Shown here piece by piece: positions 52,851-62,231 of a stretch of DNA of 64,000 nt. The translations under genes were made by a program, and so were the position numbers. The stretch is from the NCBI GenBank assembly GCA_002434805.1, contig DJKW01000004.1, positions 11,936 through 75,935 of the forward strand, in the 5' to 3' direction. Every line of letters begins with the position of its first letter. The first letter of the stretch is position 1. Origin of the DNA: Patescibacteria group bacterium UBA6532 (GTDB taxonomy: Bacteria > Patescibacteriota > Minisyncoccia > Minisyncoccales > UBA6532). Under the pieces are notes generated by a model. It worked only from the letters and a program-made list of their open reading frames with translations, was not told the origin of the DNA and ran no database searches.

Positions 52851-53504
52851 TCAACCCCTTACCGCCTCAATTATTTTTACAAACTCGTTTGGCTTCAAAG
52901 AAGCACCTCCCACTAAAAGACCCTGAAAGCCTGCTTTTTTAATATAGTCTCCTGCATTTTTAAAGGTAACGCTCCCTCCGTAAAGAAGGGGCAGATTTTT
53001 AGTTTTCTTTTTAATTAAATATCTCATTTTTTTAGCTTTCTCTATGCTTAAGGGCTTCCCGTTGCCGATAGCGGAAAGGGGTTCGTAAGCTATGATAAGA
53101 TTTTTAATGTCTTTTGGAATCTGAGAGATTTTATCAATACATAAAATAGGCTTCAATCCGACTTTTAGGGCTGCTTTTAGTTTTCTGTTAATCAGCGCTT
53201 TTGTTTCTTTTTGATATTTTCTTCTTTCTGAATGACCGATAATGACGTACTTTACTCCTAAGTTTTTCAGCATGAGAGGTGAAATTTCACCAGTAAAAGC
53301 CCCTCTCTTTTTTAAAAAGCAGTCTTGGGCTCCCTTAGCTTTTAATTCTGATAAATAGACAGAAGGTGGACAAATAATGGCATTTGTTTTTTTAACCCTA
53401 TTAAAAAGAGCTTTGGCTTCTCTTAAGCTCTGTGGGTTCATTTTCCAATTAGCAACAACTATTGGTTTCCTTTTTCCACCTAATTTTAATGCTCTAGTAT
53501 TCAT
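52851..53504 (-). CDS. tpiA: Triosephosphate isomerase (compact)
   Basis: ANWKMN, GAFTGE, IGHSERR, AYEP, YGGSV, LVGGASL. Confidence 0.95.
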   Translation of the reverse strand: MNTRALKLGGKRKPIVVANWKMNPQSLREAKALFNRVKKTNAIICPPSVYLSELKAKGAQDCFLKKRGAFTGEISPLMLKNLGVKYVIIGHSERRKYQKETKALINRKLKAALKVGLKPILCIDKISQIPKDIKNLIIAYEPLSAIGNGKPLSIEKAKKMRYLIKKKTKNLPLLYGGSVTFKNAGDYIKKAGFQGLLVGGASLKPNEFVKIIEAVRG

Positions 53505-53561
53505 GGTATTTAAATAAGATAGCTGTTAAGTTAAAAAATTTTTGTTAACTTATTATTTAAT

Positions 53562-54062
53562 TTAAGGAGAAAAGGAACAATTATATCCAGCGCAATCGCC
53601 AGAACCCCAATTATAATCGCCGCTGTAATCCCAGCACTCGCCTCCGGCTTCATCTGCTCTAGATGCTCCTTCTTGGGTTTCAAAGCGCACCTCTATCTGG
53701 TAATCCCTTGAACAACTCCACCACCAACTGGGAGTACCATAATAATAAAAACAGCCGGAAGCAATCTCAGGGTCAGTTATTCCTCCTGTAACAATGCTCT
53801 CGTTTCTTAATTCCACAGTAAGAAGATCGCTCTGACCATTAAGGAGGATCAAATCACAGCCAGGAGTCCCGTCACTAGGATAACTTTCATATCTGTCATA
53901 ATAAAATTCTAAAGCCAGACGAAGCTGCTTTAAATCTTGTAATCGTCTAGCATCTCTTGTTTTAGCCCTTGCCCCTCCCATTGATACTAAAACCAGGCTA
54001 GCAATAAGGCCAATTACAGAAATAACCACTAAAAGTTCAATTAAGGTGAATCCCTTTTTCAT
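53562..54062 (-). CDS. Type IV pilin / pseudopilin
   Basis: Class III signal MKKG|FTLIELLVVISVIG, ARAKTRDARR..D. Confidence 0.92.
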   Translation of the reverse strand: MKKGFTLIELLVVISVIGLIASLVLVSMGGARAKTRDARRLQDLKQLRLALEFYYDRYESYPSDGTPGCDLILLNGQSDLLTVELRNESIVTGGITDPEIASGCFYYYGTPSWWWSCSRDYQIEVRFETQEGASRADEAGGECWDYSGDYNWGSGDCAGYNCSFSP

Positions 54063-54065
54063 TGA

Positions 54066-54524
54066 TTAAATAATTTTTAATACTCCAAGGGTGACAAAAG
54101 TAACTATTACTCCAGCTATTATCACTCCAAGAAATATTAAGGGAAAAGCTTTTTTGAAAGGTATGCTAAAAACAAATGAGGCTAAAGATCCCGTCCAAAC
54201 GCCAGTAAGTGGAAAAGGTATGGCTACTAATAGAACTAAAGTAAATTCTTTCCACTTGGCGAATTTTGAATTATGATTATTTCTTGTCCGCTCAAAAAGC
54301 CAGGTAAAAAAGCGGTTAAAAAAATAGAACTTATGGCTCAAATATCGAGAAATTTTTCCTAAAGACCAAAGCCAAAAAAGAGCCGGGACAATATTTCCCA
54401 AAACAGAGAAAATAAAAGCTGACCAGAGAGGAAGCCCGTAAACACCCAAAGCAATGGGAATTGAGGCCCGAAGCTCGCCAAAAGGAGTCATGGCAATTAA
54501 AAAAGTTTTAAGTTCAAGAAGCAT
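54066..54524 (-). CDS. Putative small multidrug export family membrane protein (COG2426)
   Basis: P..ELRASIP, VAIPFPLTGVWTG. Confidence 0.85.
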   Translation of the reverse strand: MLLELKTFLIAMTPFGELRASIPIALGVYGLPLWSAFIFSVLGNIVPALFWLWSLGKISRYLSHKFYFFNRFFTWLFERTRNNHNSKFAKWKEFTLVLLVAIPFPLTGVWTGSLASFVFSIPFKKAFPLIFLGVIIAGVIVTFVTLGVLKII

Positions 54525-54526
54525 TT

Positions 54527-55591
54527 TTATTGTTTTCTTAAATATTCAGCGGCTTTCTCGGGTTCAATGGTAGAAATTTCAATTCCTGTTCCCAGCTCAA
54601 AACCGGCCCAGGTAGCTGTTTTAGGCAAAATAGTCCAATGCCAATGGTAATGGTCGTAATTTTCCCCGTCACAGGGAGCTGTATGCAAATAGAAATTATA
54701 AGCTGGATCCCCCAAACCTTTATAAAGCTTATTTAAAGCTACCCGAAGAGCTTGAGCTAATTGTAATTTCTCTTTTTCGCTAATCTTTTCAAAATAAGGA
54801 AGATGTTTTTTTGGAGAAATAATCATTTCAAAGGCGGCCTTGGAAGCAAAAGGACAGATAACGAGAAATCCTTTATTCTCAAAGACAACTCTTTCTTTAT
54901 TCTTTCTTTCCCAATCACTCATTACACAGTAAATGCATTTTCGATGTTTTTTATAATAATTTTTGGAATTAACCAGAGCTTTTCTTAAATCAGAATCAAT
55001 CAGAGGAGTGGTAATAATCTGAGAATGCGGGTGAGCTATGGAAGCTCCGGCTTCAGTTCCGTGATTGTGGAAAATAGAAACATAATTAACAAATTTCTCC
55101 TCAATCATTTCTTTAAATCTTCCATGATAAACATCAATTACTTCTTTAACTTGAGAAATTTGAAGTTGGGCTATTTGTTTTTTGTGGTCTTTAGTGACAA
55201 CCACCTCGTGAAAGCCTACGGCATTCATTGTTTGGAAAAGACTGTCTTTCGACTTTCTATCCAATTTAAGATATGGAATAAAAGCGGGGTATTTATTCGG
55301 AATAGAAACAGTGGTCCAATTTTTGGGAATTTTATTTCCGATTTTAAAAAACACCTTTTTACCCTGAGAAAAAATCAAGGTAGGCTCTTCCTGAGTATCA
55401 ATCTTATCAAAAGGACAAACGCGCTGAGAAACCTCTTTTTTAGCTCTTTTTTCCCTCTTAAAAGTTTCTGGTCTTTTGGCGCGACCGGTAGCAATAACAA
55501 CCCAATCTTTTGAAACAAGATCAAAACGAAGCTCAGACGGACAAACTCCCGGAAGACAGACCTTTGATTTGTCTTTATTCTTTTTTGCCAT
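54527..55591 (-). CDS. galT: Galactose-1-phosphate uridylyltransferase family
   Basis: RAKRP, CPF, NKYPA, GASIAHPHSQ, HWH, AGFELG. Confidence 0.88.
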   Translation of the reverse strand: MAKKNKDKSKVCLPGVCPSELRFDLVSKDWVVIATGRAKRPETFKREKRAKKEVSQRVCPFDKIDTQEEPTLIFSQGKKVFFKIGNKIPKNWTTVSIPNKYPAFIPYLKLDRKSKDSLFQTMNAVGFHEVVVTKDHKKQIAQLQISQVKEVIDVYHGRFKEMIEEKFVNYVSIFHNHGTEAGASIAHPHSQIITTPLIDSDLRKALVNSKNYYKKHRKCIYCVMSDWERKNKERVVFENKGFLVICPFASKAAFEMIISPKKHLPYFEKISEKEKLQLAQALRVALNKLYKGLGDPAYNFYLHTAPCDGENYDHYHWHWTILPKTATWAGFELGTGIEISTIEPEKAAEYLRKQ

Positions 55592-56318
55592 AAATACCTT
55601 TAATTAAATTTAACCTTATCTTAATTAAATCAAAAGCCATTTTTATTATCGACTTAAATTTTACCTTGCTTTCTAAATCATTAATCCAGGTTACGGGAAT
55701 CTCTTTTATTTTGTAACCCGATAACTTCCCGACAACTAAAATCTCGGGGTCAAAAGCAAAACGGTCTATCTTGCATTTAGGTAAAATATATTCTGCTGAT
55801 TTATTAGTAAAACATTTAAAACCACATTGGGTATCGCTAATTTCCCAAAGGCCAATAATGAATTTTCTAAATAATTTAAATCCTCCTCCTAAAATAATTT
55901 TTCTTAACCAGGGCTGAGAAACAGCTAAAACGGATTCTGGCAAATCGCGAGAACCGATAACAATATCAAATTCTTTCTCAAGCCAGGGCCACATTTTCTC
56001 CACCTGGTCAACTGAAGTTGAATTATCAGCATCAGTAAACAATCTATATTTTCCTTTAGCTTCCAATAGCCCCTGCCTGACCACATAACCCTTGCCATGA
56101 TTATCTTTGTTATTAATTAATTTGAGGTTTTGAATTTTGGGCATTAAACCCCTAACTACGTCAGCGGTTCTGTCTTTGGAACCGTCGCTGATAACAATAA
56201 TTTCGTAAGTATAAGATTGCTTTCTTAAATACTTATCAATCTCTTCTAAAGTTTTAGGCAAGCGATTTTCTTCGTTGTAAGCTGGGATAACAACTGAAAG
56301 ATAAATTTGGTTTTCCAT
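55575..56318 (-). CDS. Dolichyl/polyprenyl-phosphate beta-glucosyltransferase-like GT2
   Basis: IPAYNEE.RL, GKG, FTDAD, DTQCGFK. Confidence 0.9.
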   Translation of the reverse strand: MENQIYLSVVIPAYNEENRLPKTLEEIDKYLRKQSYTYEIIVISDGSKDRTADVVRGLMPKIQNLKLINNKDNHGKGYVVRQGLLEAKGKYRLFTDADNSTSVDQVEKMWPWLEKEFDIVIGSRDLPESVLAVSQPWLRKIILGGGFKLFRKFIIGLWEISDTQCGFKCFTNKSAEYILPKCKIDRFAFDPEILVVGKLSGYKIKEIPVTWINDLESKVKFKSIIKMAFDLIKIRLNLIKGIYGKKE

Positions 56319-56404
56319 TTCTTAATTTTAACATTGTATTCCAAAACAAAAAAGGGCTTTAATCCTTAATGGAATTAATTAAGTCTATGACTATACATTC
56401 TACG

Positions 56405-57643
56405 CTAACCCTTATAAAATTTATTGTAAAAGGTTGTCTTGTCTGGAATATTTTCTAAAATCAGGGAATTAGGCCCAATTTTACAGCCAGATCCCACTAA
56501 AACTCCGGGCATCAAACTAACCCGGATCCCGAAATAAGAATTGTCGCCTATGACTCCCCCAAAATAAGTGAGACCTGTTCCTATCTTTTTTCCTTTTACC
56601 ATCGACTTTATTTCTTCTCTATCAAGCCGGCGGTTTGCCGAGATAAAGCCTGCACCAAACCGACAATTCCTTCCTAATATTAAATTACCAAAGTAACCGG
56701 AATGAATATGACTATTTTCTTGAAAAAGAGAGTTTTTAATTTCTGCAAAGGAACCGGTAACAACGCCCTTTTCCAGGTTGACCGAACCCCTCACCAGATT
56801 ATTGGAACCAATTTGGCAATTGTCTCCAATATAGCAAGGTCCCTTAATCACTGTATTTTCTCTAATTTGAACATTCTTTCCAATATAAACCTTGCCTTCC
56901 AAGATTACATTTTTGCCCAAACTCTTTGATAAAATCTTCCTTTTTAGATGTTTGCTCTTTAAAAGAAAATTGAGTGCTTTTAGGGTTTCCCAAGGATATT
57001 TCAAGGAAATTGTTTCTTCTTTTAAGACGACTGCTTTTGCTCCCTCTTTTTTAATAAAAAGGTTAAAAGCTTTTATTAAACTATCTTCTGTTAGAGGAAC
57101 TTTTTTACAATAATTTAAAAAATTCGGAGGAATTAAGTAAACTTCATTGGTCTTGATCTTAGAAGGCTCTCTTCCTTTTTTTGGATTTTCAACCACTCTT
57201 AAGATTTTACCTGATTCTTTGAAATCAAGGATGCCGAATTCCCAGGGTCTATCTGTCTTTGATGCCAAAAAAACTATTTTTCCTTTATTCTTTTTAAACT
57301 TTTCTAATAAACGACCTAAATAATTTTCTCCATCAATTTTATGAGCGCCGATTAAAACAAAAGGGTCTCGAATAAAGTTTCTGGCTCGCCAAAGGGCGTC
57401 TCCGGTTCCTAATGGTTTATTTTGAGTAACATAGCGAACTTTAAGGTTAAATTCTTTTAGAGCGGCTTGAATGTCTTTTTTAGGACCCTGAACAATTATG
57501 ATATCCTTGACTCCAGATTTTCTTAAGCTTTCGATGGTATAAAAAATTAAAGGCCGGCCAAGAATACTAATCAAGCTTTTGTGCTTTTTGTTTAAAGGCC
57601 AAAATCGGGAAGATCGACCGGCAGCTAAAATTACAGCTTGCAT
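56405..57643 (-). CDS. Bifunctional sugar-1-phosphate nucleotidyltransferase/acetyltransferase (archaeal GlmU-like)
   Basis: LAAGRSSRFWPL, LGTG, YPWE, LbH repeats, ANRRLD. Confidence 0.8.
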   Translation of the reverse strand: MQAVILAAGRSSRFWPLNKKHKSLISILGRPLIFYTIESLRKSGVKDIIIVQGPKKDIQAALKEFNLKVRYVTQNKPLGTGDALWRARNFIRDPFVLIGAHKIDGENYLGRLLEKFKKNKGKIVFLASKTDRPWEFGILDFKESGKILRVVENPKKGREPSKIKTNEVYLIPPNFLNYCKKVPLTEDSLIKAFNLFIKKEGAKAVVLKEETISLKYPWETLKALNFLLKSKHLKRKILSKSLGKNVILEGKVYIGKNVQIRENTVIKGPCYIGDNCQIGSNNLVRGSVNLEKGVVTGSFAEIKNSLFQENSHIHSGYFGNLILGRNCRFGAGFISANRRLDREEIKSMVKGKKIGTGLTYFGGVIGDNSYFGIRVSLMPGVLVGSGCKIGPNSLILENIPDKTTFYNKFYKG

Positions 57644-58617
57644 AGCTTTATGATAAGTTCGGTTAATTTATTGGAATCGTGACGAATAAGGGTTCTTTGC
57701 AAAAGCACGTCTGAAGGATCTTGTTTGTTAACTTTATCGCTAACCAGGCTGGCTCCAATAAAACGCTTATCTTTTAACAAATCCAGTTCTGGTTCGACAA
57801 ATTCTCCTTCCTGGGCATACCTATTAAGAAAAGTTGACGAGGGTTTTTTAGTATTAAAAGTAACGTAGTCTAAGACTCCTTCTCCCAAATACTGCTCAAT
57901 AACATTTGAAAAGTCCCTTACTTTAAATCTGTTCGTATGGCCGTGTTTTGTCATGAGGTTGGAATTGTAAATTTTAGTTGCTTTGGATTTTTTGATAGCT
58001 TGAGGAATGCCATTAACCAAAAGATTGGGTACAATGCTTGAGTAAAGGTCACCCGGCCCAATGATTATTACGTCAGCTTTCTGGATGGCCTTTACCGCTT
58101 TTGGGTTAGCTATAGCATTGGGATTTAAAAACAACTTTCTGATTTTGTGTTTTGATAAAAGGCGGGACTTAGTGATATTCTTTTCTCCTTTTATTTCTTT
58201 GCCAGACTCTAATATGGCAGCCAATCTCACTTTATCCAATGTTACGGGAATGACCTCTCCTTTAATATCTAATACCCGGCCGGCTTTTTCTACGGCCTTA
58301 TCAAAACTGCCAGTTAATTTTTCCAAGGCGGCCATAAAAATATTGCCGAAATTATGACCCAAGAAAGGTCCAAAGCCAAACCTATAAGCAAATAAATTTC
58401 TCAGCAGCAAATCTTCCTGAGAAAGGGCTATTAAGCACTGCCTGACGTCTCCCGGAGGCAGAACCCCTAACTCATCTCTTAAAACGCCGGAAGATCCTCC
58501 GTCGTCTGCCATGGTAACTATTGCAGATAAATGGAAAGGGTGCTTTTTTAAACTAGACAAGATAGTAAAAGTACCCGTGCCCCCGCCAATACATACTATT
58601 TTTTTTATTTTTTTCAT
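57631..58617 (-). CDS. yvcK: YvcK/GlmR (CofD-related) family protein
   Basis: GGGTG, DDGGSSG.LR, PPGD.R, GHNFGN, GPG.LYSS, RHD. Confidence 0.9.
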   Translation of the reverse strand: MKKIKKIVCIGGGTGTFTILSSLKKHPFHLSAIVTMADDGGSSGVLRDELGVLPPGDVRQCLIALSQEDLLLRNLFAYRFGFGPFLGHNFGNIFMAALEKLTGSFDKAVEKAGRVLDIKGEVIPVTLDKVRLAAILESGKEIKGEKNITKSRLLSKHKIRKLFLNPNAIANPKAVKAIQKADVIIIGPGDLYSSIVPNLLVNGIPQAIKKSKATKIYNSNLMTKHGHTNRFKVRDFSNVIEQYLGEGVLDYVTFNTKKPSSTFLNRYAQEGEFVEPELDLLKDKRFIGASLVSDKVNKQDPSDVLLQRTLIRHDSNKLTELIIKLCKL

Positions 58618-58680
58618 AAAATTACTCTACAGTAACACTTTTAGCTAAATTCCAAGTATTGTCAACTGTTTCTTTAATTT

Positions 58681-61143
58681 TTATATTACAATATTTATCA
58701 ATTTCCCTGGCACAAAAATCACTCTTTTAACCTTTTTTCCTTTTATCCATTTTCCAACTTTTTGACTGGAAAAAGCAAGCTCTTCTGCTATTTTCCGGTT
58801 TAGAGGAACTTTAACCTCTATCTTATCACGAACTCTGCCATTAATCTGGATTATTAAGTAAATCTGCTTTTTAGTAATCAATTTTGGATTATATTCCGGC
58901 CAGGGTTGGTTATGAATTGAGTCCTTTGGTTTAAATTCCTTTAATTTCAACTTATCTGGCTTAATTTCCTGCCAGAGCTGCTCTGTAAGATGAGGGGCAA
59001 AAGGAGATAATAATCTAAGTAATATCTTATAATTAATTACTGATATTTCTTTCTCTTTATCTATTGCGTTAATTAATATCATTAAGCTGGAAATTGCCGT
59101 ATTAAACCTAAAGCCTTCTATGTCTTCTTTAACCTTTTTAATAGTCTGGTGAATTAACTTCTTGAAAGCTGGGTTCTCTTTTGAATTTGAGCTAGCTGAT
59201 TCATCGCTTCTAATTTTAGATTTCTGGCCAGATACTCTTTTTAAAAACCTTACCACTCCTCCAATCCCTTTAATGTTCCAGGGTCCTCCTTGGTTATATG
59301 GTCCCATAAAACAAAGATACATTCTTATGACGTCAGAACCGTATTTTCTAACCTGGATATCGGGATCTATGATATTGCCTTTTGACTTTGACATTTTTTG
59401 TCCGTCTGACCCTAAAATAATTCCTTGGTGCCTTAAAGTTAAAAATGGTTCTTTGAAACTTAAGTATCCAAAATCTTTCAAGGCGCGGGTAAAAAACCGG
59501 GAATATAAAAGATGCAAGACTATGTGCTCTGACCCGCCAATATACATGTTGACTGGCAGCCAGGTTTTTATTTTCTGCTTTGAAGCAAAAATCTTTTCAT
59601 TACTGGAGTCAGTATAGCGCAAATAATACCAAGAAGAACAAACAAAAGTATCCATGGTATCGGTTTCTCTTTTGGCTGGCCCGTTACATTTTGGGCAGAA
59701 AGTTTCAAGAAACTTTTTTGACTTAGCCAAGGGCGACTTGCCATCAGTCGTTGGCCGAAAATCTTTAATCTTTGGCAGTAAAACCGGCAAATCTCTTTCT
59801 TTCACTGGCTGCCAGCCGCACTTTTGGCAAAAAACCATTGGTATTGGAGCTCCCCAATATCTTTGGCGGGAAATGGTCCAATCCCGCAGCTTATAATAAA
59901 CCTTCTTTTTATCCAGTCCTTTTTGAGACAGCCATTCACCTATTCTTTCTTTAGCTTCACTGGATTTCATTCCAATAAATCGGCCTGAATTCATTAAAAC
60001 CCCTTCTCCTTCGTAAGCTTTGTCAGACACGCCTGAACCGTTCTTTGGCTTAACCACCTTGATTATTGGTAAATTATACTTTTTGGCAAAATCATAATCC
60101 CGCTGGTCGTGGGCGGGAACTGACATTATGGCCCCTGTCCCATAATTCATTAAAACGTAATCTGCAACAAAAATTGGGATTTCTCTGTTATTTACCGGAT
60201 TTATAGCTTTTATCCCTCTCACTTCTATCCCTGTTTTTTCTTTTACCTCGCTTATTCTTTCTCTCTCAGTTTTCTTTTTTGACTCCTCGATATATTTCTT
60301 TAAGGTTCTCTGATTGGTAATGAATGATAAATTATCAGCAATAAATTTGTGCTCTGGGGCTAAAACTAAATAAGTTGCCCCAAAAAGAGTGTCAGTCCTA
60401 GTGGTAAAAACTGGTATTTCTGAACTGAAATTCAAACCCTTTGCCTTAAACTTAACTTCCCAGCCCAGGGATTTGCCAATCCAGTTTCTCTGCATCGTTT
60501 TTGTGTTTTCTGGCCAATCAAGTTCTTCCAGGTTTTCTAATAGATCTTCGGCTGACTCTGTAATCTTAAAAAGCCATTGTTCAATTTCTTTTTGGAAAAC
60601 TTCGGACTCACATCTCTCGCATTTTCCCTCAACAACTTGTTCGTTGGCTAAAACTGTCTTGCAAGAGGGACACCAGTTAGCGGGAACCTTAGCCCTGTAA
60701 GCCAATCCTTTTTTATATAACTGGAGAAACATCCACTGGGTCCATTTGTAGTAATTGGGTTCTGAAGTAATAATCTCTCTGGACCAATCATAAACAGCTC
60801 CAATAAGTCGAAGCTGTTTTTTCATTTTCTTAATATTTTTATAAGTCCAGGTCTTAGGGTGGATTCGATTCTTTATGGCGGCGTTTTCAGCTGGCAATCC
60901 AAAGGCGTCAAAGCCAATGGGAGACATGACATTAAAACCCTGCATTCTTTTAAATCGGGCGTAGACATCAGCTGGGGCAAAATTATACCAATGGCCGATG
61001 TGCAGGTCTCCGGAAGTGTAAGGAAGCATGACTAAATGATAAAAGTTCTTTTTCCCCTTAACCTTGTCTGGAGCCAGATAAATTCCAGTTTTCTCCCAGG
61101 CTTTCTGCCACTTCTTTTCTATTTTAGCTGGGTTATAACTCAT
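58681..61143 (-). CDS. leuS: Leucine--tRNA ligase
   Basis: HIGH, KMSKS, FDAFGLPAENAA, CP1 editing domain GTGAIMSVPAHDQRD. Confidence 0.97.
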   Translation of the reverse strand: MSYNPAKIEKKWQKAWEKTGIYLAPDKVKGKKNFYHLVMLPYTSGDLHIGHWYNFAPADVYARFKRMQGFNVMSPIGFDAFGLPAENAAIKNRIHPKTWTYKNIKKMKKQLRLIGAVYDWSREIITSEPNYYKWTQWMFLQLYKKGLAYRAKVPANWCPSCKTVLANEQVVEGKCERCESEVFQKEIEQWLFKITESAEDLLENLEELDWPENTKTMQRNWIGKSLGWEVKFKAKGLNFSSEIPVFTTRTDTLFGATYLVLAPEHKFIADNLSFITNQRTLKKYIEESKKKTERERISEVKEKTGIEVRGIKAINPVNNREIPIFVADYVLMNYGTGAIMSVPAHDQRDYDFAKKYNLPIIKVVKPKNGSGVSDKAYEGEGVLMNSGRFIGMKSSEAKERIGEWLSQKGLDKKKVYYKLRDWTISRQRYWGAPIPMVFCQKCGWQPVKERDLPVLLPKIKDFRPTTDGKSPLAKSKKFLETFCPKCNGPAKRETDTMDTFVCSSWYYLRYTDSSNEKIFASKQKIKTWLPVNMYIGGSEHIVLHLLYSRFFTRALKDFGYLSFKEPFLTLRHQGIILGSDGQKMSKSKGNIIDPDIQVRKYGSDVIRMYLCFMGPYNQGGPWNIKGIGGVVRFLKRVSGQKSKIRSDESASSNSKENPAFKKLIHQTIKKVKEDIEGFRFNTAISSLMILINAIDKEKEISVINYKILLRLLSPFAPHLTEQLWQEIKPDKLKLKEFKPKDSIHNQPWPEYNPKLITKKQIYLIIQINGRVRDKIEVKVPLNRKIAEELAFSSQKVGKWIKGKKVKRVIFVPGKLINIVI

Positions 61144-61233
61144 GTTTTTATTTTATCTCCATACTCTCTATTTGTAAACTTGACTTTCTCTCCTTATTTA
61201 TTGTAATAATGTGCAACTGAATCTATAGGTTAT

Positions 61234-62064
61234 TTATATCCCAAATAAATCCTTTGCGTTTTGGCTTGTTGCTTCTATCACTTTTTCATAACTTATGCTT
61301 TTAATTTCAGCTATTCTTTGGGCAACGTATTTAACGTATAAAGGCTCGTTTCTGCCTTCCATCTGGGGAGGCGTTAAATAAGGACAATCTGTTTCAATTA
61401 AAATTTTCTCTAAAGGAGCGTTTTTAATGTTTTCTTTAAAATCAATTCCTTGGATAGTTTTAAAAATTATTCCGTTAAATCCAATATAAAATCCCATTTT
61501 TAAATATTCCTGAAGTTGCTCTGGGGTTCCGACAAAGCTGTGCATCACTCCCTCATTTTGGGTTTGTGATTTTAAAACCTCAGCGAGGTCTTTGTGGGCC
61601 ATTCGAGAATGAAAAATAACTGGTAAATTTAATTCCCGAGCCATTTCCAATTGCTTTAATAAAAGCTCTTTTTGTTTTTCTTTAAAAAGATTCAACCTTG
61701 CTTTGGTTTTTGGCTTCCAATAATAATCAAGGCCGATCTCTCCTATGGCTACCACTTTGGGAGATTGGGCCAGTTCTTTGTATTTTTTGTAATCAAAATC
61801 TTTTTCCTTTGGTTGAAACTGGATTTCTTTCGGATCAACTTTTATCTTAACCAAATCTGTTTCCAAATTAATTGGGTGAAGGCCGATGGCAGCATAGACC
61901 CCTTTGTCGTAATTTTCCGCAATCTCTACTGCTCTTTTGGAAGTGCTGTATTGAGAGCCAACGTTTATAATCCAAAGCCCCTTGTCTAAAGAACGCCGGA
62001 TAACTTGATCGACGTCATCTTTAAAGACATTGAAATTAAGATGGGCATGAGTATCTATAATCAT
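61234..62064 (-). CDS. tatD: TatD family nuclease
   Basis: DTHAHL, GLHP, GEIGLDY, H.R, ETDCPYL. Confidence 0.93.
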   Translation of the reverse strand: MIIDTHAHLNFNVFKDDVDQVIRRSLDKGLWIINVGSQYSTSKRAVEIAENYDKGVYAAIGLHPINLETDLVKIKVDPKEIQFQPKEKDFDYKKYKELAQSPKVVAIGEIGLDYYWKPKTKARLNLFKEKQKELLLKQLEMARELNLPVIFHSRMAHKDLAEVLKSQTQNEGVMHSFVGTPEQLQEYLKMGFYIGFNGIIFKTIQGIDFKENIKNAPLEKILIETDCPYLTPPQMEGRNEPLYVKYVAQRIAEIKSISYEKVIEATSQNAKDLFGI

Positions 62065-62157
62065 ATTCTTTTAACTTATCAGAATATTTGAAAAATAAAA
62101 AGAGGTAGCTAAAAAATTTGGCAAGAGCTCAATTTTGTGATAATTTTAAGAAAGATT

Positions 62158-62230
62158 GCGCCCGTAGTTCAATGGATAGAACGTCAGATTGCGGATCTGA
62201 AGGTTGCAGGTTCGACTCCTGCCGGGCGCA
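62158..62230 (+). tRNA. tRNA-Arg (anticodon GCG), CCA not encoded
   Basis: Acceptor GCGCCCG/CGGGCGC+A; D arm GTTC-AATGGATA-GAAC; anticodon arm TCAGA-TTGCGGA-TCTGA; T arm GCAGG-TTCGACT-CCTGC. Confidence 0.95.
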
Positions 62231-62231
62231 C

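Noticed and set aside
33738..54062. Diversity-generating retroelement (Avd-like domain, variable pilin, duplicated segment)
   Set aside because: No reverse transcriptase seen; the 26.3/31.8 kb repeat differences are not adenine-specific and both copies are coding
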